Part shown: one piece after another, positions 1 through 13,611 of the stretch | Numbering within the stretch: position 1 is the first letter of the stretch | How the letters are laid out: every line of letters starts with the position of its first letter | Source of the DNA: Haliotis rufescens | Lineage: Eukaryota | NCBI RefSeq assembly: GCF_023055435.1 | Contig: NW_025964383.1 | Location: 12,834,001-12,898,000, forward strand | DNA length: 64,000 nt | Direction: 5' to 3' | The notes under the pieces: model-generated | Told to the model about the DNA's origin: nothing | What the model saw: only the letters and a program-made list of their open reading frames with translations | Database searches by the model: none | Translations under genes and position numbers: made by a program

Positions 1-798
1 AACGTAATGTTTTTCACCATCAATAATATTGGCTGTCACTCTCAAAGAATTATAGATGATTGTGTGTATTGTGCTTGTGTGATGTGTGTCTGTGTACGTC
101 CATGTGTGACTTCCTTATTAATTTCATAACATGCAGTATTTGTGTATGACAAATGACGCATAAAGACTTTAATTAATTTGACCAAACCCAAGCCACTTTA
201 TTTTATATTTAATGCTAAGCCATACGGGTATGCCACTGTAATGTTCAATTTAATGAGCATCTGTTTCAATGTAACACATTTACATGTATTTTATGAAACT
301 GTCAGATAAGAAATAGTGCATCAATGTTTGTTTATGTTTATGTATTCAAATTTTCTTTCTTCGGTTACTGCCTTGTAACGATGGCTAGCGTATACGTTGG
401 CTGAACATGTGTGACAGATTTACTTCGTATATGAGGCCAATAGTACAATTTTGTTGCAGGAACATTCTTGTTCAGCATTTTATATTGCATCTGAAAAGAT
501 GTACACATTTGAGTTTTATTAATATTCAATGTATCATCCTTCCTTCCAATATCGCGTTAACAAAAACTGCAAGTCTGAGAAGAATGTGGCTATTTGTGCT
601 GTTCATTAACTGTACAACGTTTCTTTGTGTTGGATGAATGTAATAATAGTTAGGCAGGAATTTGATTCTTATATATTATCTTTAGCTTACCTTTATATAT
701 ACTTCTTAGTAGTGTGCTTATCTTACCATGAATAGCTTTACCGAGCAACCATGTGTGACTCAATTCATAATGATAAATTTTTGCGATGGTTGTTTTAG

Positions 799-1364
799 TC
801 TTTGGCATCTTCCCGGCCGTAATTGAAGGCATTCTCACGACAGAGTATGCCTACATTGTACAGAGGCTGAGAGAGCTACCAGGCAGAGATCGTACAGTCA
901 TTATCTCAGCAGGCAGCTTACTGAAGATGGTAAACCCCTCCTGGGAGGGGCGAGTACCTGCGTCTGTCCTGTGTGATGTGTGTGTATTTTCCCCTACACG
1001 GCCTGTCTTGGTGCTGACTTTCACAGCTATGGATGGGGACAACCAGAAGCACATTCAATACAACACCCATTTGGCGAGATTGATCATACAACATGTGAAG
1101 GAGGATACAAAGTTTGATTTCAATGTTGTACATGAGACTGTAGACAACATTGTATGTCAGGAGAAACATGGTTTTCTTACGAGGATCGACCAATGTGAGA
1201 ATTCAGCCAAAAGCATCTGTTTCCCTGCCGAACTGCACATGGATCACGACAAGTGTACTGCCATTATACAGTCTTTCCTGAACTACCTGTCTGGTAACGA
1301 GTTAACGAGGCGTTCACCATCTAGGGAGGATAAAGTTGGTGTGAAGATCATTTCCAAACCGGAT
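799..1364 (+). CDS. Internal exon of a Schlafen-like gene (SWADL/linker, GTPase-like middle domain); 5' exons lie upstream of the window
   Basis: Inside ORF 786-1397; acceptor ttttag|799, donor 1364|gtatgt. Motifs TVIISAGSLL..PASVLCDVCVFSPTRPVLVLT..IQYNTHLARLIIQHV..ICFPAELHM..CTAIIQSFLNYL parallel SLFN11 ILIFSRSWAVDL..PGVICDALLIAQNSTPILYT..DYCTRTAFTLKQKL..DYPASYSL..MEALLQSLVIVL (recalled, not searched). Confidence 0.7.
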
Positions 1365-1956
1365 GTATGTATACATATTATTCTGCAAGCCAAATAATTA
1401 CAAACAAGTTCAATCCTCGAGACTTAATTTAAGGATTTGATAGACCTTCATATGGAAACTGGTTGAAGTAAGGAAATGTTTCAGGTTTTTCAAAAGCGTC
1501 GTCGTTTGCTTTCAGCAGCTGAACAAGGCCTGGTGCAATTTATATATTTATGAATATTATGACTTTGCATTGCCCATTGGCATCCATATACTAGGATTAT
1601 TGTTGATACAGTATGAAACTGTGAAATAGATGCACTGAAAGATGTGAGGCATCAAGGTATTTGTTTCCATGATTTATAAAGGGTATTTTGAACCTTAAAT
1701 GTTTGATTTTATTAGAAATACATGCTTGCTATTATTTTACCCTATTATTTATTATCACTGGACACGTGAAATAATATCATTAGAAATCACCACTTTCCGT
1801 TACATTTATATTGGATTTGTACACATACAGAAGGAGTGCAACGGGCATATGATGCATTCAAACTTTTTGGCGCCTAAAGGTTTAGTCTCACCCTACCCAG
1901 TCAAAAAATGTTGTTATCCATCCATTTTCATACGGTTTTTTTATTACCATTTTTAG

Positions 1957-2152
1957 GCACTTGATGAATTACGACAACACTTACTGTCAGTTGAGGTGGC
2001 TCAGGAACACAAGATCAGCGAAGTCAATCACCATCATGAAATGAAGCTATCACAACTGATGGACCAACATGCTCAGCAAAAGGACAGATTGGAGAAAGAA
2101 ATAGAAGAATTCTTTCTGCAGCTTCAGCAGGAAAGAAAAGACAAAACAGTTG
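1957..2152 (+). CDS. Next exon of the Schlafen-like gene, coiled coil (ALDELRQHLLSVEVAQEHKISE...LEKEIEEFFLQLQQERKDKTV)
   Basis: Polypyrimidine ttttag|1957, donor 2152|gtaagt; phase 0 matches the previous exon; open, E/Q/K/L-rich heptads. Confidence 0.8.
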
Positions 2153-2496
2153 GTAAGTTATATTAGTTTGACATGTGTAAACCGTAATTAAGGCTCACAG
2201 TCTAAGCTTGTGAAACCCTTCAGGTTGTGATTATTTTATGTATATGTATTTTTATTATACCTGATTGAATCCTTTATTCAAAATAATTTCATAAAACCCG
2301 TCTTTTATATATCTTGATACAAAACTCAAAAGGAGAAAGGTATATGCTGACAATGCCAGGATTTCACAAACGGCTACTTAATATACAATACGTAAAAGCA
2401 AATCACACCCTCATTATGGTGCTGCAAGCTTGACACGGATGACTGTGATCAGCCATTTTGTGAGTTAACAGTGCTCTGGGTAGACTTAACGTTCAA

Positions 2497-2753
2497 GCCC
2501 AGTCGTCTAAGGCGCCGCGATTCTCTGTACAGAGTTACGTCCCTTAGGCACGCCAGAAACCGATGATTGTGGGTTCGAATCCCGGTTCGCCCCAATTATG
2601 TTTCTAGGTTGGTCAGCACCATACCCGTGCTCGCGGGTTTCACCAAAGTGGTAAACGTCTGAGACCTGCATCACTTCGGGCTTTCCTCCCACATTAAGCT
2701 GATATGACTGGAATACTGTTAAAAGCGACATTAAACCCAACTCGCTCACTCAC
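2497..2753 (+). mobile_element. tRNA-head SINE, family B (V-domain-like core)
   Basis: A-box remnant gtcgtctaaggcg, B box ggttcgaatcc, core gggtttc..ctttcctcccaca, (actc)n tail; paralogs at 13341 and 36531. Confidence 0.8.
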
Positions 2754-2847
2754 TACAATATTATGACTAGACGTTTTTGACAGAGCATCGACTATGATAA
2801 TGAAGGAATGAAGTAAACTGTTGGTGGCCATTATTTTATTTTCACAG

Positions 2848-2887
2848 AACCACAACGTTTGGACGTTCGTACCAGAACATCAAGCAA
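2848..2887 (+). CDS. Small exon of the Schlafen-like gene (EPQRLDVRTRTSS)
   Basis: ttttcacag|2848, 2887|gtaagg; phase 1 matches the previous exon. Confidence 0.6.
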
Positions 2888-3387
2888 GTAAGGCACCCTT
2901 TAAATCTTACTATACTAAATTATGAACAATGGAATTAGTATTGATTTTATCTTTACAACTTTTATCTTTATCTATGCATTTAGTTCAGCGTTGTGCTTTG
3001 AGTAATGGTGGTGATTTGGAAAACAGTTTCACTTACATAACAACTCTGATCCTGATTCTGGCCTTGCATTGCATTTTGGTTCACATTGATGATCAAAATG
3101 GTTACTTAAATGTTATAAGACTTCTAAGGAACAAACCAATTAATATTCTATGCAAACAATATATTTTTGTACTAAAGATTATTAACCTAAATATACACCT
3201 CGACAAATATTGCACCATCAAATTTGAAGTGTAATTTTCAGTGTATTGCTTTTCAAACGGTACACTGTGTGTTGAAATATCATCTGCCAATAGAATGGTA
3301 GCCACCTGCTCAATCCTGTGGGTGAGTTTATGCGATCCGTATGCACACCTAATGGCTCTCTATTGAGAACTCAATGTTTGATTACAG

Positions 3388-3415
3388 AACGTTCAAGCGT
3401 CTTTACTTCTATTAA
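3388..3415 (+). CDS. Possible terminal coding exon (KTFKRLYFY*)
   Basis: ttacag|3388 read in phase 2 gives TAA after 9 codons; weakly supported. Confidence 0.3.
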
Positions 3416-4020
3416 ATTTGAATGAAAGTTCTACTAATTTGAACTTTTGTCTTTGTGAACTGAAATGCTTAATAGTCCATGAGACAGATCCAATTGTTAA
3501 TAAGAAGAACCAACTGGGGTGGTACAATCTCCCTATGATTTTTTCAAAGTCATATATCCATAGATAAAGACTTTGAAAGCAACCCGGGACTCACAGCTTA
3601 GTGGTAGTTATCATTACATTAAGGTGGACACCTTAATCGAATCCAAGGTTCCAGATTTCGGGGTAGGGGAAACTAGAAAGTTGAAAAACTTCACAAGCAA
3701 TAGCCACATAGTGACGTATGACCTCTCAAACATGATAGCCTGATCCCCAACACGTAATATAGTAGTAATTGGGTAGTTATGTAGGTTACCAGAGGTCAGA
3801 AAATACACCACGGATACCACACCAATTGCACTCTTATAATCAAAATGGGTTATAATTGAAGCCTAGAAGAAAATTTATTGTATTTTGTGCTGTATTACAG
3901 ATGGGTTTTTGATGCAGTTTATAAAAAAATGTTATTTTGCGCTAAAACAAGCAAAAATGTATGAAGTTGGACTGCTAAGCATGAATCCATAACTCTTCAC
4001 TCCAAGTTGTAACAGCATGT

Positions 4021-4186
4021 GGGGCGGTCGGGTAGCCTAGTGGTTAAAGCGTTCGCTCGTCACGCTGAAGACCCGGGTTCGATTCCCGACATGGGTACAA
4101 TGTGTGAAGCCCATTTCTGGTGTCCCCCGCCGTGATATTGCTGGAATATTGCTAAAAGCGGCGTAAAACCATACTCAGTCAGTCAG
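4021..4186 (+). mobile_element. tRNA-derived SINE, family A, with 13-bp TSD
   Basis: A box tagcctagtggttaaagc, B box ggttcgattcc, (cagt)n tail; TSD tgtaacagcatgt at 4008-4020 and 4187-4199. Confidence 0.9.
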
Positions 4187-4739
4187 TGTAACAGCATGTC
4201 CTAAATGTATTCAGAAGTTGTTGTTATGTTTTGTTAGGCACATAAGATAAAACTGAAGGTCCAAGTAAGGTCAAGTTGAAAATATCAACCAAATACCAAT
4301 AACATAAAATGCAACTCTGTTGCATTATTGATATTGATATTTGATAAAGATCACACAATTAGACTGTCAGCTTTATCACATTAGTGTTAAAACATAAGGC
4401 TTGATGCTTGGACAGACTCTGATTATTCGTCATCTGAACTATCATCACATACGCCCAATTGAAGCGATTGACACAGCACTCTGTCGTCATAAATTGTCAC
4501 TGAGTGAAGAAAGTTCAACCAAGTGTCCAAGTAACATTGGTGTTTGATAACTTCGACCGACTCAGGTGACACTGAGTGGAGGAGGAACATCACACTGAGT
4601 GAATGGAATCGTAGTGCAGCCAAAGTTATTTGGTCCAAATCATTTGAAGTTTGTCCTGAATGAACCATGGGTCATGGACCATGAGCATACTTTCCCAGAA
4701 CATCAAAGATGTCAAATAATTGGCTAGCAGCACATTGGC

Positions 4740-5310
4740 ATGCCATGTGGCCATTCCACCGTCTTGAGCATTGATGATGCTGTAATCAGTCTACTCATTA
4801 CATATTGACATATGGGGGAATTGGTGATATCAGGACGTCTACGGCAGACCACTGCCAGAGAGGACAGGGTCTTTTTTCGCCAGGCAAGACGGCGGTCAAC
4901 TTCAACTTTCAGCTTCAACTTCGTCATCACTGGCATACCCACAACAGAGCGTCCCTCAGGACTATCAGACGTTGACTGAAAGCAGGAGGATTAATGGCAA
5001 GAAGACCGATAAAACGCCCACTCCTTTCATTCCAACACACACTGATGTCACGACTCGTGTCTTAAGGCAAAGAGGAACATCTCATCATCAGCGCAACATC
5101 CAGGAAACAGTGGCATGTGGTGGCGGCCCAATGATTGTGTGGGGGTGTTGCACCTTTGGTTGTAAACTTGATGTTGTCACAGTTTAGGGGACATTAAGGG
5201 GACAAAGGTACCAAGATACCATATTGGGCGAATATGTTGTGCCTTATTTTGACTACCATGCACTTGCCACATGTCCTGTCATCATGGACAACAATGCCCG
5301 ACACCACGGA
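4740..5310 (+). pseudogene. Degenerate Tc1/mariner transposase
   Basis: Broken frames with GRLRQTTAREDR, GGGPMIVWG, GQRYQDTIL and MDNNAR(P)H. Confidence 0.75.
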
Positions 5311-5329
5311 ACACTTTTTGCTCAGCAAA

Positions 5330-6960
5330 GAGGAAAGTTATCATCCGTGATCACCTCAGCACAGATGTCCAACTCCCCTTACTCCCCTCCTTTACATGGA
5401 TGACCTTGAACTTACTGCCTGTGGAGGATCCACACCAGAAAAACAGATTTTCTTTGTCGTCTCCATTACTAATGATATCGGTATGTCCTTTGGACTCAAT
5501 GCAACATTCTTCATCAGTCAGTTTACTTGGAGGAGGAGTTATTTAGTGGAAGGTCAGGCCTATAGGGATGCAGATTAGGGACAAACTCTAAAATGCCCAT
5601 ATCAAGGAAAGACTTCAGGCAGAGTACAAATGTAGACTTTAGAGTTCAGAGCTGAAGGCTCGCAATAAAGTTCAAGCCACAAATATTTATGTTGTACCCG
5701 TCCTTTCATATTCTTTTAATGTTGTTGGTAGGACGAAACAAGAAATTCAGAGTATTGACACTCTCACGTGAAGAATTATGTCAGATGATAGATCCCATCA
5801 CCCATGCTCTTCCCTCAATCGCTAAGATTTACCAATCATTATGGAGGACCTGGCTTGATTAACATTGGGATTCTTCAGGATAGTATTATTTTTTTGCACT
5901 TTTGCACACATTTATTTGTCTGATCATCCTCTTGTGAAGCATGTCAAGACTCATGATGAAAACAAGGCATTACACAATTTCCTTACACGAGAGAAGTATA
6001 TGGGACATAATCTCAAAGTCAGTGTTGATTTTGTTGATGGTTCTGTACTGCTGGACGGTACAGAAATGAGTGTCAACCAAGTGAAGTGCCATATCAAATC
6101 ATCCCCGATTCAGTATTTCAAGGAGAGGCTATCTGAATGACCACTGCATCAAATTTATGTGAAGTGTGTTGAGAGGGTCAGCAACCCTACAGAGTCTTTC
6201 GCTTGGATGAGGTCGGCTGGCCTGAAAAGTGAAACAGAAGGCTTTCTGTTTGCTGCTAAGGACCAGTCATTTCCCACTCGAAACCGTCAATGTGTGATGT
6301 TGCATCAAAATGTAGATATGAAATGTAGATTATGTAATGAATTTAATGAGACTGTACAAAACATTGTCAGTGGATGCCCAGCTTTGGCAGACACACAGTA
6401 TCTTAAGCGACATGATGATGTAGCTCGATCAATTTATTATCGTCTTCGCCATGCTTGTGCGTTTGACACACAGGTCAATCCATTGCACGACCCAGAATAT
6501 GTAGAGGGTGTCATGGAAAATGATATATACAAAATTCTTTGGAATAGGACCGTTTACAACCTCAGACGCATCCAGGCCAACAAACCTGATCTTGTCCTTT
6601 TTGATAAATCCAATGAAATCATTTATATCATTGAATTTTCTGTCCCTTTGGACTCTTATGTGATTGGCAAGATTCAGGAAAAACATGTAAAATATGCGGC
6701 CCTCGCTTTCGAAATATCCCGCTTGCATCTCAAGGACCAAGTTGCCCGATTCATTGTTCTCGATGCCTTTGGTTTTGAACATACGATTCTATTTACTGAC
6801 ATTGGGAGAGTACTCGGGATGGATAGTGTTCACCACATCCGCCAGACTGACAAAGAGAGCGTGAGAGAACAGAAAAGTTGTCCAAGGATGTTAAGATCCA
6901 CAACCAGATCGGCATAGTGTCCACCACCCCATATGTTTCAGTCACTGATGCGTTCTACAC
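5330..6960 (+). mobile_element. 3' part of an R4/Dong-like non-LTR retrotransposon (RT, zinc knuckle, restriction-like endonuclease), degenerate
   Basis: LLYMDDL..DIGMSFGL (5390-5500), NKVQATNIYVVPVLSYSF, then ORF 6159-6917 with KSETEGFLFAA.DQ, CRLC..ETVQNIVSGC, RHD, NKPDLV..IIEFSVP..K..KY. Confidence 0.85.
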
Positions 6961-7924
6961 ATGTCTGCTTTAAAGGAGTGTAAAAGCCTTGCAGAGGCCT
7001 TGCATGTTGCCACCCTGGTCGAACAACTTTTGAGCAACTTTTTATGCTCTTGGTAATTTTCGTCGAAGGAGCATGACCAATTGCACCCTAAAATTGTGAA
7101 ATACTGGAACTGCTTGAAGATTCCTTGATGTGAAGGAAAAGTTGACAGTTGTAAGCTGAAGCCGTCCCTCTTGTCACACAGAATGTCAACCAGGGAATGT
7201 TCCTCAAAGCATTCACAGATCTAATCTGAAAAATGTTCTCCGTTAGATCCATTCTAAAAGGTGCACTTGTGCCACAGAACTGTTTGAACACTTGAACTCT
7301 TTTTGTGGCACAAAGTCCAGCAAATTATCCTGACAACATCATGTATTTCTACATTTGGGAATCCACTTGGGCTGAAGCCTTGTGGTGTTGATTTCTTGTA
7401 CTGTCACCACTGAGTGTAGCATCATATCCACCACACAAGCCCTATCTCGTAACACACTCACATTTAGGCAATTATATAAAATGTCTGTTTTAGGCAATGC
7501 GACAAGTTATGGGAGTTTTGCTTCGGTTTCAGCAATATTGTCAATTTCTCAACTATTCAAATTGGGCTGAACATGGGCCTCGTAAGGTTTTGTTTGATTA
7601 CAAAAATATAGAGTATCAGTTCTTTTTTAACTTCACTTTGTAAAGTACATCACGAATATAATCAACAGAATGAGCCGTTACTGTTTTAATAACAATGATA
7701 CTGTTTCATATATGCTTGAAGACATGTTTAATATCGTTTTCATCGAATAGTTTCAGAAACGTATTCTCAGCGAATTGACTTTCCAAAAAATAGTTTTACG
7801 GTTATTTGGTTTGCTACACTTTACTAAGGAAGAAATGCATCTCTCCTCATATTGCTCAGTGAGATTCCAATGGTTTCAGTGTATTTGTTTCTTTATGGGT
7901 AAAATTTTAAGGTCGAAATGATAA

Positions 7925-8420
7925 ATATCATTCTCCACTCGTCTGTTTACATGGGAAAGATCAACTTCGCCAGGGGGTCGGCAAATACTGATTAACAAAG
8001 ACTTGGTTGGTAGGAAGGATCTCAAGTATGCTGAAAGTTGGAACAACTTCAATATTCAATGTTTGTATCTTCAGTCATGGCAGGTTTCAAAACACATGAA
8101 ATATGGTAGTCAAAACTACACCTGCCTAATATTAGATACTAGTGATTGACATCATGAGTATCGATCTACGCAATTGGATAAGATGGCATGCATCAACTAA
8201 GTCAGCGAGCCTGACGACCACCCGATCTCGTTAGTCGTTTTTTACAACAAGTATTGAATACTGGGGGCGAATTCGGAACCCGTAACTGGAGTTTGGTTAT
8301 TCGCTACGAGTATTTTGATTATGGCATCTTTCCAGCTGTCTACTTTATTCAACATGGCGACAAACCCACAACAAACACCTTTCCTGCAGGGAATCATGGG
8401 GTCAGTGTCGCAGTGGTGAC
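7925..8420 (+). mobile_element. Highly decayed Penelope-like RT 3' fragment interrupted by a SINE family C piece (8140-8250)
   Basis: Remnants resembling LSTRLYDKRDDFNF and YG...SQL; SINE C core gtcagcgagcctgac..cccgatctcgttagtcg. Confidence 0.35.
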
Positions 8421-9707
8421 CCTTAAAAGTGCTGATGTTAGTTCCTATATAATTTTTTAGACATGCATGATACCACACAGCTGATCTTTTGAAGATATAA
8501 TGCCTCTCACGGATAACAGATTCTCTGACTGACTAAGGAAGTGAATTATGATCTATTTGGGAGCACATTTTGCATTCCTTTATCTCAATATATCAATGTG
8601 GTCACTACAGTAATCTGCATTTGAATGAACATGGAGATTAACAGCTTTTTGCCTGCAAAATGTACATCGAATAAAAACATGTTCCACTGATGCTCTATCA
8701 TCTATTCAAGCAGTTCACGGTCAGACTTGGGTTATACGGTGTGTGCAGATATCAATAGTTGGCGTCGGCGTCGGCAAGATTGACCTGATCTAATGAATTT
8801 GATATTGGTAGGTCGAGCGGACAAAAGGCATTATTCTTTTTCATAGAATTCAAAATATCTGCATTAAATATCACAAGATTTTCAACTCAAGGTATTTATT
8901 CAGATAGACACAAATATGACAGTATTCAATCTTTTCGATTTGCTGCAGCCTATAAACGGAGTTTTGTGCATACAAATGGAAAAAAAATAAAGTTATTAGT
9001 GTACTACGCAAAACTAGTATTACATATCTTAAATACACAAAATATGCATGTATCACGTTAATACATACGTGTATAGCCTATGGAACATGAATCCCTTTTC
9101 TACGCAAATCATGAAGCTGTAAAATAAAAATGCTTATTGATGTGTGTTGCTGAAGGAGAGGAGTTACTAAATGAGGAAATGTGCGCTAATCAAGGATCAG
9201 TAGCAACAACATTGTTCTATATTTCAAAGCTCCATTAAATATTTATACAGAGCGAGATACATTGCAAGTTTCAGAAAATGTTCCACCAAGTCCCTCAAAG
9301 ATTAACCATAGTCCTTAACATTATCGAGAAAGCACACTCATATGCAAAGTTGCCACAGGTTGTATTTTGTACAATTAAATCATGTTCAGTTTTAAGAATC
9401 TTAGGATCATGTACTTATTTTCTGAATGCAGTTTAACAACTGCACGTCTGACTTTTTTCCAAAGCTGTGTAACTTATCAACCCTACATGGCTTCTGATAT
9501 GGACCCCACAAGGTTCGCTTGGTTACTCGAAGCCTGCCGATGGACAACATGTTGTTTGGAGACATACCAAGAACTTTAGAAGCTCGTTTCAAGTATTTGT
9601 TAATGGCATGAATTAGTTTTCTCTTTCTTCGTCACACTGAAAGAAATCTTAAACCGATTGTTTCATATCTGCTGAGTAGCGCATCTTGTCTGTCAACAAC
9701 GACGTAT

Positions 9708-11714
9708 GGTGTCCTCCCAGTAGTCATACGGCGCATTAGTCATACGTGTTAAAACAACATATGGTATGGTTAGCTGCACCAACAACTACCTTTGTATTAC
9801 AATTAAAGTGGAATGATCCAAGAAGCACAAAATTACAACTTTTAATACTTTAAATAATCTTTTAATACTCCTCAGCATAGCATATATATTCATCATAGCA
9901 CATATCATCATCAATGACCTATAATTTGCAGTTTCACATTTAGTGGTCAGTTGGATACAGATAACCAGCAGCATCCAGAAACTGATCACAGTTTTTCTGA
10001 CCTACTTGGAGTTGGTCCAACAATTTGATGTGTCGGTTTTCCTTTTCGCGATACACTCACTTTCTGCCTTGGGGAGCAGCACCAAAGTCAATTTGACGCA
10101 TCTTGGCAGATTCAGACTTCTCAATCTGATTGATCAGTTGAACAAAACGATAAATGTTTGGATGATGATGTGGCAGAGACTTGTTCGGTCGGTAGTGGAA
10201 GCCTTCCAGATTATTGTTCATGCGAGATTCAATGTTTCGGTGGTGATTCCATAGAGGGATGGGGAATCTAGCATCATCATCAATCCAACTTGTTACAATA
10301 TAATCATTAAATCTCTCAGCGTTGTCTAGTCCTGGCGTATCGTCCATGGCGTCGACCCAGGCATCTTGGACGTCAGCTTCCGGTAACAGAGCCAGGGATA
10401 ATGCTCTTCTGACCCAGCATCTTCTTGGTATGGGACAGCTAACCCGAAGTCTTGTACCTTCTTCCAGATGGATTGGGTGAAGTGAAAGTAACATCCACTC
10501 ACTCTGGCTGCAGGAAACTCAGTCTCGATAGCTCGGATGGCGGCTTGCTCAAAGTCGGTCTGAACGGTGACAGGAGCGAGGATTCTGTTGAGTTTCTGCT
10601 GTACTTCTGCCTTCAGTCGGTGGAAAAGCCGGCAGAAGGTTGTTGTCTGGCGATCGGGAAGAAGAGCAAACACCAAGGGGTAGGTCTTCGAACCTCTTCT
10701 GGCATGGATAATGTAGAGTTGGTTCCACAGGGCTGGGCAGGATGAAAATGTACCATCCATGTAGAAGTAATCTGCTGACTGCAAAACAGTCAGCTGATCC
10801 TAAGAGGAAAAGACTAACATATTTTCTTCGCAATCACCGTCAGCAAACAACAGGTATGGTTGGCCGTCACCTGTCTCAGTCCACTTTCCCTCAAGTTCCA
10901 CATCACCTATTGCCAGTAGGAGCGCTGGTATGGTGTGTCGTCTATGCCGGTAAAGGGCACTGCTGAGATTTGCGTAGGATGGTAGATGAGGTACTATTTC
11001 AGGATCTTGTTGGGCAACTGCTTCCTGGTACAGGGTTGGCATCGGGGTTATCTCTTCTCTGGCCCTCGTGTTACTGACAAATCTAACTGTCAGGTTCTTG
11101 TGGGCCGTGGTTATGAGGAGTGGTGTTCCTGACATAGTTTCCAACTGTTGTAACTCTACCAAGGCAAGTTTTCACGACACACTTCCAGTGGATAGTGTTC
11201 CTTTGAAGAGTTCTTGTTGTGAAGGTGACCTTGAAACAGTACCTGCTGTGTATCTCGCCTAGAAGTAACATATTCCACTTCAATCAATCCTGCCATAACA
11301 AGAGTGATATGCTAGAGTCTAAAACATAGACACTTTTATGTACTAGTTTGTGTTTTTTCACTAAATTGAGTAAACTCAGTTCAACTCAGTAAAGAACAGT
11401 AAATAGTTTGAGATGAATCCTTTACTTGTCCCTAAAACATTAATTTATTTAAATAACATTAACTTGAATGTTTTGATTATGAAAGACTGTCATGTATCAT
11501 GTTCAAATAACTTCAATGTATATTACTTTAATAACATTCGTTTATGTTTTCATTAGAGAATAAACTAACTGTGGTGACAGCTGTATGTTCCTGTACCATT
11601 CCTGTCCCTTTTGACCAAAGGGTATATGCCTATTGTTCGATTTAACTAATCCCTCATTTGCTGTATAACTATTGAGAGTATGACTAATGGGCGTATGACA
11701 TATGGGACATTACC
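9708..11714 (-). mobile_element. Mutator-like (MULE) DNA transposon with TIRs and 8-bp TSD
   Basis: Imperfect ~38-bp TIRs (left ggtgtcctcccagtagtcatacggcgcattagtcatac; right rev-comp ggtaatgtcccatatgtcatacgcccattagtcatac); TSD cgacgtat at 9700-9707 and 11715-11722. Confidence 0.85.
10040..11283 (-). pseudogene. Frameshifted FLYWCH-MULE transposase
   Basis: Fragments IHWKC..C..HNH; YMDGTF..QLYIIHA..PLVFALLP..TDFEQAA..GCYFHFTQSIWKK; NNNLEGFH..HPNIYRF spread over 4 ORFs. Confidence 0.9.
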
Positions 11715-12764
11715 CGACGTATAATATGTAGAACATACACTACATGTTTCGCTGTTCCTCCTACCGGTGTGCCCCTTCCCCCCTCTCCGTTCAAGATGTC
11801 AACTTGTACAAATAACATCCTGATAGTTTCTGAAACAACTTTTTCAAGCAATGGGAAAGAGCTGATATGGTTGGGGACGGGATATTGATTGCCGTGTACA
11901 GTTTTTACATTTAATAGACTATTCCCGAGTTTGCAATTTATGGTTCTCATTTAGCGCCAAACGGAATGTTACTAACAAGGCAGTATTTTGATTAAGAGTT
12001 GGGGGGGGGGGGAGGTTAAGTTTGTTGGAAAAACATATCCATTCAGCATGTTTTTCACTATTTCTTCGCTGGGACCTGACATGTCGCACTGATTTCCGAG
12101 AAAAGACGCGTGGCATCAGTTTTCAATAAATTAATTGGTGAGTCCAAAGAGTACAATTATTCAACAAGTTGCGATGAAATTCAAAACATATATCTTTGGA
12201 CTTTCTATATTTTCTAAGATACCGGACCTTCGTACCATGTGTAATTACGCGTTCCAAGAGAGCTCTTGTCGTCATGGAAGAATGAAGATAATGAATAAAT
12301 GTCTTCACATTCACCATGCACAAGCAGTGATTACTTTATACACGGGCAACAATGTCAGTGAGCGAAGTACAAACAAATCTGGGTTGTATGCAGCGGAAAT
12401 GTAATCACTCAAATGATATAAGCTAAATCTGCGAAAAAGAACAATTTATCCAAGATACCATCACCTCCTTTCCATGAAAACCTATAACATCTGTGTACTG
12501 CTGTTTGACGATGTAAAATGAATATAAAATGACTTATTGAGGGGCAAAATAAAGCATATCGAGTTTGTGTTCTTTGTAATTGGAATTCGAAAGGACTGTT
12601 GCTAAATTTGATTATGTCCATTGCTCATTCATTAAAAGAGACATATATACATCATTCTACATGTATTTTATATTGTAACTTCAGAGCCATGCATGATACG
12701 TAAAAGAAATAGACATTGTTTTTAAAATTACCAACATAAGCATCTATTAGTTCAGACATACTTC

Positions 12765-12874
12765 GTTCCCGCATTAAGTGATCATCGGGTCAGCAGTGAA
12801 GGAACTTTTATCCAAGATACCATCACCTCCTTTCCATGAAAACCTATAACATCTGTGTTCTGGTAGGTGTCCAG
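12765..12874 (+). promoter_or_regulatory. Putative promoter/non-coding first exon of TRIM copy 1 (donor ccag|gtaggt)
   Basis: Homologous to the ETS+donor modules at 37400 and 37984; coding exon 1 begins with an acceptor 1 nt before the ATG, so an upstream exon is implied. Confidence 0.4.
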
Positions 12875-13340
12875 GTAGGTGTGTTGTGTTTCGTTTCTCA
12901 CTTTGTCCCCCTACACAAAGATAAATGTTCGATAGTCAAGGTCACAACTTCCATGAATATGTCAAGACACTATTAGGCTGCCGAAGGCCGACCGACTGCC
13001 ACACACTCCTACTTTCGGATTACGAATCCACGTTTTATTCATACAAGTCATGGCCCACTTTAACTATTCTTATATTAACTAGTTCAATTTTTCCTGAGTG
13101 CATGTAGTGTGTATAGTGTATGCATTATGTCCATTATCCCAGTCAGCGACCCTGGCCACCCGATCCCGTTAGCCACCTCTTACGACAAGCACAGTCGCCT
13201 TTTACGGCAAGCGTGGGCTGCTTCAGACCTATTTAGGGGTCCTGGTATATCAAATGTTACAAATGTTTAAATTTCATTCATGTTGAACAATCAGGGATAG
13301 ATTTGTAGTATTTTTTTTAGTGTACACTTCATCTTTTTAC

Positions 13341-13611
13341 GGGGGGCACGGTGGCCCCGTCGTCTAAGGCGCCGCGATTCGCGTCTCATGGTCGCGCCAG
13401 AAACCTATGATTGTGGGTTCGAATCCCGGTTCGCCTTGATTATGTTTCTAGGTTCGTCAGCACCATACCCGTGCTCGTGGGTTTCACCGAAGTGGTAAAC
13501 GTCTGAGACCTGCATCACTTCGGGCTTTCCTCCCACGTTAAGCTGACACGCCGTGATATAACTGGAATAATGTTAAAAGCAGCGTTAAACCCAACTCCCT
13601 CACTCACTCGC
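13341..13611 (+). mobile_element. SINE family B with TSD tctttttac, absent from copy 2
   Basis: TSD at 13332-13340 and 13612-13620; empty site at ~38925. Confidence 0.9.

Noticed and set aside
4021-4095. tRNA-Asp gene
   Set aside because: Continues into a SINE body and tail with TSD; multiple dispersed copies
12888-12904. ISRE-like GTTTCGTTTCTCACTTT near the TRIM promoter
   Set aside because: Spacing non-canonical and mutated in both copy-2 modules
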